64,000 nt of DNA, taken from a virus. A program made the position numbers and the translations under genes. Of this stretch, positions 54,239-63,261 are shown piece by piece; within the stretch, counting starts at the first letter, position 1, and each line of letters opens with the position of its first letter. The stretch is taken from the IMG/VR virus record IMGVR_UViG_3300032229_000533, positions 96,001-160,000 of that record. One strand, 5' to 3'. The notes under the pieces are model-generated. The model had not been told where the DNA came from and ran no database searches. It worked only from the letters and a program-made list of their open reading frames with translations.

Positions 54239-54544
54239 TTATTTTTGTTTTTCGTGAATTGAATTCTTACAATTTCCTTTGTGAGTCCCCCAAGTAAAAT
54301 GACTATTTCCTGGTGAAACTACAATATATTCACATCCTTCTAAAGTGTAAATTTGGTAATATCTATCGTATGGTTCTGTAGAGGTACCAAGTTGTTTAAT
54401 TTCAACAGGTTGTGATACCGTGTTTGGTTCAGGTTCCTTTTTAATATTAAAGTTACAACCTGATAATACTGTCATTAAAATCATTGATAGGATGATTATC
54501 AATATTCCTGCGGACAATCGTTTCATTACTTTTTCGTTATACAT
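54239..54544 (-). CDS. putative lipoprotein
   Basis: Hydrophobic signal ending LSGC; GCEYI..THKGNCKN. Confidence 0.65.
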   Translation of the reverse strand: MYNEKVMKRLSAGILIIILSMILMTVLSGCNFNIKKEPEPNTVSQPVEIKQLGTSTEPYDRYYQIYTLEGCEYIVVSPGNSHFTWGTHKGNCKNSIHEKQK

Positions 54545-54559
54545 ATTTTAAAATTTTTG

Positions 54560-54633
54560 TGGACCCTGCAGGATTTGAACCTGCGACCATCACATTATGA
54601 GTGTGCCGCTCTGACCGTCTGAGCTAAGGGTCC
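54560..54633 (-). tRNA. tRNA(CAT), probably Ile2 (lysidine-type)
   Basis: GGACCCT acceptor and CTCATAA loop resemble bacterial Ile2; identity inferred. Confidence 0.8.
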
Positions 54634-54797
54634 ATTGGAATGTTTAGAATAACACCAAATCTCCGTTGATGTTATCCCAATCATCTGAAACTGGTGACAT
54701 TACAACAATGGTTGTATCTTCAGTTTCTTCTTGGGTTTTGATTGTTGGTTCGTTTTTCATGTTGCAAATATATAACATTTAAATATATCACACAAAT

Positions 54798-55211
54798 TTA
54801 TTCTACGGTGTGTTCCCATTGAACTCTAACACAATTTTGAGGTAACCTATGAATGTGTCTGTAATTGTTAATATACCCCATCATATTAGCACTTCCAATT
54901 GCATTTGCTGAGTGTACAACAACATCAACAACAGGACTTCCATCCATCCATTTTTCAACCAACCATTTGGTACAATCCATACCAGTTTTTTCGGTGATGT
55001 TGTCGTAGTTCAATTCGTAATTGTGGTAAACATTCTTATGCCATTCAACCATTGCACTATGACCCAAGTCATGGTCCAAAGAAATTAATTCAATATTTTC
55101 CAAACCAATTTCATTAATTTTATCTACGAATTGCTCGTAGTCTCTAACAACAACCCAATTCTCCACATCAACTGGAGTTCTTACGTCATCTAAGTAAATT
55201 CTTTTTTTCAT
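54798..55211 (-). CDS. cyclic-phosphate-processing receiver-domain protein
   Basis: IYLDDVRTP, ISLDHDLG, TGMDCTKWL, VHSANAIG. Confidence 0.75.
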   Translation of the reverse strand: MKKRIYLDDVRTPVDVENWVVVRDYEQFVDKINEIGLENIELISLDHDLGHSAMVEWHKNVYHNYELNYDNITEKTGMDCTKWLVEKWMDGSPVVDVVVHSANAIGSANMMGYINNYRHIHRLPQNCVRVQWEHTVE

Positions 55212-55268
55212 AACACAAATATAAAATAAAATTTGGAGTTTCAAAACTCTTTTAAGATATTTATAGTT

Positions 55269-55307
55269 ATGATGACAAACAAAACCTCAGTGGTCTTTTG
55301 GAATTGA
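55269..55307 (+). CDS. 12-aa putative leader peptide 3
   Basis: MMTNKTSVVFWN* directly after TATTTATA (55258-55265), upstream of a terminator and the HNH gene. Confidence 0.4.
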   Translation: MMTNKTSVVFWN

Positions 55308-55384
55308 AGTCATATAATGAGAACTTAGGTGTAAAGAGGATTGGAAATCTCTAACCATAAACAATCTAAATCAATACAATATTC

Positions 55385-55422
55385 AAAAGGGGTGAAAAAT
55401 TTTTCATCCCTTTTTTGTTTTT
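55385..55422 (+). terminator. intrinsic terminator upstream of HNH gene
   Basis: GGGGTGAAAA/TTTTCATCCC stem followed by TTTTTTGTTTTT. Confidence 0.8.
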
Positions 55423-55460
55423 TGTATGAAAATAACTTATTCTTTTAAAAAACTATAAAA

Positions 55461-55949
55461 ATGAGCGGAGTATTAGTGCTGAATTATGATTATACCCCAT
55501 TGAATATAACTTCAACAAGGAGGGGGTTTGTACTTGTAGATAAAGGTAAAGCGGAGATTGTAAAATCTGACGAGAACCCTATTATTGCAGGTTTTAACAC
55601 CTATGTTAGACCTTTAATTATTAGACTATTAAGTTATATTAAACATAATACAAGGAATATTAGGGTTAACAGAACAAGGATTTATAAAAGGGACAATCAT
55701 GAATGTGTTTATTGCGGGTCAAAAAAACAATTAACTTTAGACCACGTAATACCTAAATCAAGAGGAGGACGTAATGAATGGACTAATTTGGTGACATGTT
55801 GTTTTAAATGTAACCTTAGAAAAGGAAACAAGACTCCTGAAGAAGCAAAAATGACAATGAACGTAAAACCATATGTTCCGTCATTGTTAAATGAAAATGG
55901 ATTATTAAATAAAGTGTGGAATGATTATCAACAATCCTTTGTTTATTAG
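55461..55949 (+). CDS. McrA-like HNH endonuclease
   Basis: VLVLNYDYTPL, CVYCG, TLDHVIPKSRGG, NLVTCCFKCNLRKG. Confidence 0.9.
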   Translation: MSGVLVLNYDYTPLNITSTRRGFVLVDKGKAEIVKSDENPIIAGFNTYVRPLIIRLLSYIKHNTRNIRVNRTRIYKRDNHECVYCGSKKQLTLDHVIPKSRGGRNEWTNLVTCCFKCNLRKGNKTPEEAKMTMNVKPYVPSLLNENGLLNKVWNDYQQSFVY

Positions 55950-55987
55950 AAAAAATTACTAAAATTATAAAAAAGAAAAATTAAAAA

Positions 55988-56284
55988 ATGGAAAATTACA
56001 CAAACCCAGAACAAACAGGGCAAGAACAAAACCCTCAAGATTTACTAAACGCATCAATGTTGTTTGCAAGAGCATTAGGTCTTATTTTTAAAGAAGACGA
56101 AGGTATTGTTGTTGATGTTAATGGAGATGTTAAGTTGGGAGACGATGTTAAAAAAGTAATCGTATTCAGACAAAACAACCAAATTCACATTTTCAAATGT
56201 GATGAAGACGTTGAAGAAGGTATGGCAGTTAATTTAGGTCCAAACCCTGAAGAAGCACAAGAACCTGAAACAACACAAGAATAA
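55988..56284 (+). CDS. hypothetical protein
   Basis: 98-aa acidic ORF. Confidence 0.55.
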   Translation: MENYTNPEQTGQEQNPQDLLNASMLFARALGLIFKEDEGIVVDVNGDVKLGDDVKKVIVFRQNNQIHIFKCDEDVEEGMAVNLGPNPEEAQEPETTQE

Positions 56285-56307
56285 AATTTAAACTTTAGTA
56301 TTATTGA

Positions 56308-57972
56308 ATGAGGACATTAGGATTTTCTGTTGGCCACGATAAAGGTGCTGTAATAATTGAAAACGGTAAAGTTGTTGTTGGTATAACTCAAGAAAGATTA
56401 TCAAGAATTAAACATGATGGGGCATATCAAGGTGGTGCATTACCTTATGAGTCCATCTTATATTGCCTAAATTATTTAGGTATTACAATTAAAGATATAA
56501 ATTCTATTGTCTATAGTACTACAGAGATTATTGATAATGTTGAGGAACAGTTTAAAAAATATTTTGGTATTTCTGTTTCTCTTACATTTATCCCTCATCA
56601 CTTGGCACATGCATATTCATCATTCTTCAGTTCAGGATTTGAAGATGCAGCAGTAATTGTTGCAGATGCGTCAGGAAGTATTTTAAATCATTTAAATAAG
56701 TTACCCAATTGGTACCCAAATGTTACAAAAGAAGGATTAAATCCTGAAGAAGATTGGGCAGAAGGTATTTCAATTTATCATTTAACTAGAAATACAAATA
56801 AAGAAGTTTATAAAAAATGGATAAAATATCCCGTCCCATTAGAAACTGACGATGATGTTTCAGTTGGTACATTATATTCTGAAGGTTCACTACAATTAAT
56901 ATATGAACCAAATAACCACACTTGGCCTGCAGGTAAATTAATGGGGTTAGCATCTTATGCTAATCAAGATATTGTAAATGAGGCACCATATTATATTGTG
57001 GAAAAAGATGGTGATATTTTTATTCCAAACAAAAGGATTTATCCAAAAGTAACATACAGTTCAGATTTTTATTCTAAGGCATGTGTCGCTGGAATTTATC
57101 AGAGAGAACAAGAAAGAGTGTCAATTATGTTGGCAAATAAAGCCAAAGAATTAACAGACTCTAATAATGTTTGCGTCGCTGGAGGGTCATTTTTAAATTG
57201 TAATTCAAATGAAAAAATATTAAACTCAGGTCTTTTTGAGAATTCATATTTTGTTCCACCTGCAGATGATAGTGGTATTCCATTAGGATGTGCATGGTTT
57301 GCATATCAAGAATTATTAGACATTAAAGAAACTGAAATGTTTAGTCCATATATTGGTAAAACATATTCAAGACTAGAAGTTATTGAAGCAATCAATAAAC
57401 ACAAAATTTTGAATTTTAAAGAATACGACAATATGGAAGAACTAAACAATGATGTCTCAAACTTATTGGTTGAGAATAGAGTTATTGGTTGGTTCCAAGG
57501 TGGTTCAGAAATAGGTCCAAGAGCTTTGGGTAACCGTTCAATTTTGGCGTCACCAATTAATCCTTGGATGTCAGGTCATATTAATGCCGATATTAAAAAA
57601 CGAGAATGGTACAGACCATTCGCACCTGCAGTATTGTTTGAATATCAAAAAGATATTTTTGAATCTGATGTTTATTCACCATACATGATGGTAACAACTT
57701 CAGTTAAAGAGAATTGGAGAAATAGAATACCCGCAGTGACCCATATTGATTATTCTGCAAGACATCAATCAGTCACCGAATCAAGTAACAACAAATTCTA
57801 TAATTTAATTAATAGTTTTTACAATAAGACGGGAGTTCCAGTGTTACTTAACACAAGTTTCAATGGTCCTAAAGAACCTATAGTTGAAAGTCCTTATGAT
57901 GCAATTAGAACGTTTTTAGAAACAGGATTAGACCATGTTGTTATCAACAATTTCATGATTAGTAAAAATTAA
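56308..57972 (+). CDS. carbamoyltransferase (CmcH/NodU family)
   Basis: GHD, QERLSRIKH, HHLAHA, GKLMGLA, DDSG, GPRALGNRS, KKREWYRPFAP, LNTSFN. Confidence 0.92.
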   Translation: MRTLGFSVGHDKGAVIIENGKVVVGITQERLSRIKHDGAYQGGALPYESILYCLNYLGITIKDINSIVYSTTEIIDNVEEQFKKYFGISVSLTFIPHHLAHAYSSFFSSGFEDAAVIVADASGSILNHLNKLPNWYPNVTKEGLNPEEDWAEGISIYHLTRNTNKEVYKKWIKYPVPLETDDDVSVGTLYSEGSLQLIYEPNNHTWPAGKLMGLASYANQDIVNEAPYYIVEKDGDIFIPNKRIYPKVTYSSDFYSKACVAGIYQREQERVSIMLANKAKELTDSNNVCVAGGSFLNCNSNEKILNSGLFENSYFVPPADDSGIPLGCAWFAYQELLDIKETEMFSPYIGKTYSRLEVIEAINKHKILNFKEYDNMEELNNDVSNLLVENRVIGWFQGGSEIGPRALGNRSILASPINPWMSGHINADIKKREWYRPFAPAVLFEYQKDIFESDVYSPYMMVTTSVKENWRNRIPAVTHIDYSARHQSVTESSNNKFYNLINSFYNKTGVPVLLNTSFNGPKEPIVESPYDAIRTFLETGLDHVVINNFMISKN

Positions 57973-58024
57973 TTTTGCACTTTAATTCTTTTTACTTACA
58001 TTTGCATAAACAAATAGATAGAAT

Positions 58025-58705
58025 ATGAATTACGGACAAGAATTTCAATCGTACTACACGAAACATTTAGGTAAACCATCATCACATTTGGATTACTTTG
58101 CTCAACACGTTGAGTCATCAATGACCCCCTACATTTTGGAAGAAAGAGAGATGAGGGTAACCCAAATGGATATCTTTTCTCGTTTGATGAGAGACCGTTT
58201 ATTGTGGGTTGCGGGTCCTGTTAACGACCACATGTCAACAATTGTTCAAGCTCAATTGATGTTCTTGGATTCAACAGACAAAGCGGATATTACAATGCAT
58301 ATTGATTCTCCTGGTGGAAGTGTTAAATCAGGATTATCTATGGTAGATGTTATGGAATATATTTCTTGTGACATTAGAACTGTAAATACAGGTATGGCAG
58401 CATCTATGGGTTCAGTATTATTAGGTGCGGGTACAAAAGGTAAACGTTCATCACTTCGTTTTTCAAGAACAATGTTACACCAATCTTCAGGTGGTGCAGG
58501 AGGAAACATTCAAGACGCTCGTATCAACATGATTGAGTGGGAAAAAGTTAACAACATCTTATTTGATTTGTTGGGAAAATACTGTGGTAAACCTGCAGAA
58601 CAAGTTATGAATGACGCAACTCGTGATTTATGGTTAAGTGCCGAAGAAGCTCTTGAGTACGGTATTATTGACGAAATCGTTAAAACAAAAAAGAAGGGTA
58701 ATTAA
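58025..58705 (+). CDS. clpP: ATP-dependent Clp protease proteolytic subunit
   Basis: DIFSRLMRDR, IDSPGGSV, GMAASMG (Ser), MLHQ (His), RDLW (Asp); TACATTTG promoter. Confidence 0.95.
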   Translation: MNYGQEFQSYYTKHLGKPSSHLDYFAQHVESSMTPYILEEREMRVTQMDIFSRLMRDRLLWVAGPVNDHMSTIVQAQLMFLDSTDKADITMHIDSPGGSVKSGLSMVDVMEYISCDIRTVNTGMAASMGSVLLGAGTKGKRSSLRFSRTMLHQSSGGAGGNIQDARINMIEWEKVNNILFDLLGKYCGKPAEQVMNDATRDLWLSAEEALEYGIIDEIVKTKKKGN

Positions 58706-58797
58706 CCCTTCTTCTCTGAGATTTTGGAACACCCCCTTCGTTTTAGTTCTCATTTATATTCAAGAGCTTTCACTCTTTGAATGCCTTTACCCCGTGG

Positions 58798-59541
58798 TTA
58801 ACTAACTGCGGGGTTTACTTTATTTTTTACGGTATTTACCGCTGTTTGAACATTATCAGTAACATTAGTTGCTGCAGTTTTAACAGTATCTGAAGTATCA
58901 TCTTTTACTTTTTCAACTACCTTTTTTGCGTTATCACTAAATTTACCAAGTATACCACAAACTGTGTTTCCAAGACCTTTTTCAATACCTTGAATAAATT
59001 CGCTTCCTTCCAATACATCACCCATAGTATTTCTAATAAAACTATATCCAGAACCTGTTAAACCTTTACTTGTTTGAATTTGCATAACAATTGCTTCAGA
59101 AATACCTTCTGCAACTAACTTTGTCATTAATTTACAATCATTAAAAGATTTTATAACATCTGAAGGTCTTGATGTTAGGTATGCTGTTAAAAAATTAGTA
59201 AAAAATCCCTCACCAAATAATGGAGTTAATATTTTTTTGAACATTGGTTCAAAAATTGTTTGGGTTAAATTACCAAACCACCCACCGAATAGTTGTGACA
59301 TTAGTGAACCTAAATTTTGTTCAGTAATTAAACCATTTTCTTGTAAGAAAGTAACTTCCTGAATAAACTTTAAACTTAACTTAAGTTGTTTTTCTTCAGA
59401 TAAAGATTTAAAATCTTTTTCACTTTCAATACCTTCAAATATAATTGAAATTCTATTTTTGATTAAAGATTCTTCAATTAAACGTTTTTCTTTTCTTTCT
59501 TTAGTTTCAAGTAAAGATTTTCTAACTTTTTTCTCTAACAT
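58798..59541 (-). CDS. hypothetical protein
   Basis: 247-aa ORF in a late operon. Confidence 0.6.
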   Translation of the reverse strand: MLEKKVRKSLLETKERKEKRLIEESLIKNRISIIFEGIESEKDFKSLSEEKQLKLSLKFIQEVTFLQENGLITEQNLGSLMSQLFGGWFGNLTQTIFEPMFKKILTPLFGEGFFTNFLTAYLTSRPSDVIKSFNDCKLMTKLVAEGISEAIVMQIQTSKGLTGSGYSFIRNTMGDVLEGSEFIQGIEKGLGNTVCGILGKFSDNAKKVVEKVKDDTSDTVKTAATNVTDNVQTAVNTVKNKVNPAVS

Positions 59542-59548
59542 AAATTTA

Positions 59549-60592
59549 TTAGTTTAATCTCCATTTAGCGTCGTCACCAGCTCTTGATGGACCACCGATT
59601 CCACCACTCATAATTTCTAAGTAGTTATCCATTCTACGTCCACCTGACAATATTCCCCAATCTCCACCATATTCATTTTTACATGCTTGAGTTTTAGCCT
59701 TTAACGCTTCAAATTCATTAGGTTCTAATGGTCTTTTCTTTTTGAATGCTAAGTAATACGCTTCAATAGTTTTTTTACAATCTTTTGAGTTTGTAGGAAT
59801 TCTATTTTGAAGTGATTGTTGTATTGTTGTTGTAATTGTTTCGTCCTTAACGGTAACTGTAGGGTCAAAATACATTATTAAATCTTGTGAAAAATATCCT
59901 TCAGATGCTGGACTAACAACTCTTGAAACCCAAGTTTTTGCTTGTTCAGGGTCTAAGTCTTTTCTTAATTTAGCACCTTGTGATGTCCATTTTGTAATAA
60001 TATCTTTTTGGTCTTTAGTTAAAGCTTCCCCAATACCTGAAGAGGCAACTCTTCTATAAAGTGTGGTACCATTAAAATCTTTTTTCTCATACATAACAGG
60101 GTTTTCAATATTCTGTTCTGTATCAGTTTTTAGTAAATCTTCTTTTGTTTTCCAATCACCTTCTTTTTTTGTTTTATCAACATTTGTTTTTGCCGCGGCT
60201 TCAGCATCTGCGGTCATAGCAGGACATGCCCATTTTTTATTAGAAGCTGATAATGTTTTTTTACCTGTAGCGTCAGTTGATACAACGTCAAAAGTATAAT
60301 CGTCTTTTATATATAATTCATCACCTTTCTTAAAATATTTATTTGCAGAATCATAATCAGCAACTTTATATAAAACACTTGGTTTACCAGGAGCACTTTT
60401 AATTACACCGCCAACCGCAATTTTACATTTCTTGTCTCTTGCCGCTTTTAAAAATTCAACACCTGTTAGTTGAGTTGCTTGCTCATTCACCATAAGTCTT
60501 GTAACTTTAGACTGAAGAGCTTTTTTAAATAAATTATGTTGCTCAAGAATTTCTCTTTTTTCTTGTTCGTTAGCTTCAAATATTAGTTTCAT
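59549..60592 (-). CDS. hypothetical protein
   Basis: 347-aa ORF; EKREILEQH leader. Confidence 0.6.
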   Translation of the reverse strand: MKLIFEANEQEKREILEQHNLFKKALQSKVTRLMVNEQATQLTGVEFLKAARDKKCKIAVGGVIKSAPGKPSVLYKVADYDSANKYFKKGDELYIKDDYTFDVVSTDATGKKTLSASNKKWACPAMTADAEAAAKTNVDKTKKEGDWKTKEDLLKTDTEQNIENPVMYEKKDFNGTTLYRRVASSGIGEALTKDQKDIITKWTSQGAKLRKDLDPEQAKTWVSRVVSPASEGYFSQDLIMYFDPTVTVKDETITTTIQQSLQNRIPTNSKDCKKTIEAYYLAFKKKRPLEPNEFEALKAKTQACKNEYGGDWGILSGGRRMDNYLEIMSGGIGGPSRAGDDAKWRLN

Positions 60593-60615
60593 ATTGTTGT
60601 TTTTTATTTTAATTA

Positions 60616-61698
60616 TTATTGTTCAACCGCTGGTTCAGACGCTGGTGATGTCGGTTCATCTACCGAAGTTTCAATTTCATCTGTAGTATAATCTTCATAA
60701 CCTGTAACGCCAGTTGTTGCAGTACCTGTTGTTGTAGTATCAGTTGTTGTAGTACCAGTTGTTGCAGTACTACCAGTTGTTGCTGATACACCTGAATCAC
60801 CACATACCGCAATAATTGTTTCAGTTGTAATTACTGTCCCGTCTTGACTTCTACTTTCTAAATATTCTTGTGTGATTGGCCCAAAATTACCTGTTTGATA
60901 TCTTGTCGGCATTTTTAAACAAGCTTGAACTTTTCTAATAGTTTCGTTTTTACAATATTGTTTGATTGGTAATGTTTCAGGACATGAAGTGTATTTACCT
61001 CCACCAGTTCCACCACTACCTCCATCAGCATTGGAGTTATCTGCAGGAATATCCGATGGTGCTTCAGCATTGCTATCATGGTAATACCACCATAACGCAA
61101 GTGCACCAATACCAAGTGGAACACCCCATTTTTTAACTCTCGCCCAATTCCATCCTTTTTTAGTTACACCTTCAACTAATTCTTGTTGTTCTTTAGCAGT
61201 AATTTTTGCCAAATCTTTTTGAACTTGAGGTGTTTTTGCTATAGTAGGTTTTAGTTCTTTTGTACTTCCACCAAACAATTTTTTAGTTTTAGCTACGACA
61301 TTTTTAACACCTGTTGAAGCTTTAGCCGCTATTTTTGTTAATACATTTTTTTCTTGTTTTAAAATGTTCAAACCCTCAGCCCTTATCGTTTTTGCAATTT
61401 CAACTCTAAGGGCAGACTTTTCAGGGTTAGTTAATGCTCTGCCTAACTTTCCGTAAATATCTTTATAAAGTTGGGCCATGTTTACTAAGTCACCTTTTTT
61501 AACTGACGCTTCAACCGCCTCATAACCTTGTTTCTTTACCATTTGTTTAATTGAATTACTAACTTGTTGACGGGTAACTTTTGCAAGTTCCGCTCTAGCA
61601 ATACCTTTAATAATATCATCGGGTTGCTCATTAATTGACATCAGTTCAGATATCCTTCTAATTTCTGTTAAGATTTCTTTATTTATATTTGAATTCAT
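60616..61698 (-). CDS. hypothetical protein with TM segment, peptidoglycan-binding-like region and Thr-rich tail
   Basis: WGVPLGIGALALWWYY; IRKVQACL..TGNFGPIT; TTGT repeats. Confidence 0.55.
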   Translation of the reverse strand: MNSNINKEILTEIRRISELMSINEQPDDIIKGIARAELAKVTRQQVSNSIKQMVKKQGYEAVEASVKKGDLVNMAQLYKDIYGKLGRALTNPEKSALRVEIAKTIRAEGLNILKQEKNVLTKIAAKASTGVKNVVAKTKKLFGGSTKELKPTIAKTPQVQKDLAKITAKEQQELVEGVTKKGWNWARVKKWGVPLGIGALALWWYYHDSNAEAPSDIPADNSNADGGSGGTGGGKYTSCPETLPIKQYCKNETIRKVQACLKMPTRYQTGNFGPITQEYLESRSQDGTVITTETIIAVCGDSGVSATTGSTATTGTTTTDTTTTGTATTGVTGYEDYTTDEIETSVDEPTSPASEPAVEQ

Positions 61699-61731
61699 TT
61701 TTTTTTTCTTTTTCTATAAATATGTTTATTT

Positions 61732-63237
61732 TTATAATCCACTTTGCATTTGTTCTATTTTTTTAATTTCTTCCTTATCCCTTGCACTTTTGGCAATTAA
61801 TTTTGAAGCACTAAGTAGTGTTGACATAATTTTTTCTTTTGCCCTTTGAGGTATTAATTTCATTACACCACTTTCATCCATAGTTACTCCTATTGCACTA
61901 AGTTGCGCACCATCAACAACACCTATTTCTTTTACTTTTACTCCCTGTTTAGCAAAACATGCTTGAAGTATTTTAACAGCGTTTAATGTATTTTCATTAA
62001 ATGTATTACCACCATCAATAGTTTTTGGGTCAATTTTTTGACATTTAAGTTCTCCTGTTGTAAAAGCGGCATTATATAACCCACTTTTAAAAAAATCATT
62101 AAGTAATCCAACATCAGTTCCTGTACTTCCTTTACTTAACGTTCTTTGTTTTGCCACCCAACCAGCGACAAGTCCAGTTGCGGTTGCTGCGGCACCTTGT
62201 TTACTGAAAAGTTGTGAAATAAATTTTTCAACAGTAATGAAAATATTATCAATGAACCCAAGAACAGAATCTATAACAGGTTTAGCCTTTGGAATATATT
62301 TTATAATTAAGTCACCAAAACTTTTTATAGTACTCTTTAACCATGGCATTTTTTCTAATAAAGCCTTCAACATTTTAACCGTTGAGGACGGGGCTTTTTT
62401 AATCCCTTGCTTCAATCCAGCTTTAGTTGCGGAACCTGCCGCGGCAGTAAATGCTAAAGATATTAAGTCTGTTACTAAAAACATGTAAGGATTTGATGCT
62501 CTATCAGGGTCTTCAGGGTCATAATTTTTGTTTTTAATTTCCCACATATCCAAAATAACAATCATTACCCAAACTAATTTATTTGCGCCTGTAGTCACAG
62601 GTATCATGGCAGTAACAACATCAACAACGGTACCAATTGCGGTCATTGAATTTCTTCTAATCCATCTTAACGCAGGTACAAACGCACCCATTAATAATTT
62701 ATTGGCATATTCCTTACCAAGACTTAAAGCTTTATTCCCAAGTTCTTTTGTTTTATCAACAACTTTGGAACCTATTTTTGATGCGTTTTTAGTAGACCAA
62801 AAATCTTTATTAAATGGATTGTAAGTTTGTTCTAAGATAACACCACTTGTGTGATATTCTTTTATGATTTGTGATACAGTTTCTTTTGTCCATTCAATAC
62901 CTTCTAAAACAAATTCAACTGTTCTTGAAGCCTCTTCACGTAACATATCAACAGGTGCCGTTAACATTAAAGATTCTTTAATAATTTCAGTAATAACCCA
63001 AGTATTTTCCCATATATTACCAATTAGTTTTCCACCTGAAAACACCTCATCCATGTAAATAACATATTTTTTATTTTCTGTTATTACAAAATCAAAGACA
63101 TAGTTGTTTAATTCAACCGAGGTTGATTGTGGCTTTAAGACATTTAAATTCTCATTCAAAGTTTTTGATGAATCGTAACTCATCCTTAACTTAATTGCTT
63201 GTAATGCCTCTTCTGGTGAATATTTTGGTTGTATCAT
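61732..63237 (-). CDS. hypothetical late protein with C-terminal peptidoglycan-binding-like region
   Basis: LSKGSTGTDV..FNENTLNAVKILQ; late motif at 63246-63253. Confidence 0.55.
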   Translation of the reverse strand: MIQPKYSPEEALQAIKLRMSYDSSKTLNENLNVLKPQSTSVELNNYVFDFVITENKKYVIYMDEVFSGGKLIGNIWENTWVITEIIKESLMLTAPVDMLREEASRTVEFVLEGIEWTKETVSQIIKEYHTSGVILEQTYNPFNKDFWSTKNASKIGSKVVDKTKELGNKALSLGKEYANKLLMGAFVPALRWIRRNSMTAIGTVVDVVTAMIPVTTGANKLVWVMIVILDMWEIKNKNYDPEDPDRASNPYMFLVTDLISLAFTAAAGSATKAGLKQGIKKAPSSTVKMLKALLEKMPWLKSTIKSFGDLIIKYIPKAKPVIDSVLGFIDNIFITVEKFISQLFSKQGAAATATGLVAGWVAKQRTLSKGSTGTDVGLLNDFFKSGLYNAAFTTGELKCQKIDPKTIDGGNTFNENTLNAVKILQACFAKQGVKVKEIGVVDGAQLSAIGVTMDESGVMKLIPQRAKEKIMSTLLSASKLIAKSARDKEEIKKIEQMQSGL

Positions 63238-63261
63238 TGTATTATTATAAATATATTAAGG

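Noticed and set aside
58741-58812. Two hairpins (TTCAAGAG/CTCTTTGAA; CCCGTGGTT/AACTGCGGG) as a ribozyme or ncRNA
   Set aside because: They lie between convergent genes and are adequately explained as terminators or 3'-end stabilisers; no hammerhead or pistol core was found.
14547-63253. TATAAATA as forward-strand T4 late promoters
   Set aside because: On the plus strand these mostly sit just past the start codons of minus-strand genes, so the functional reading is TATTTATA on the coding strand.
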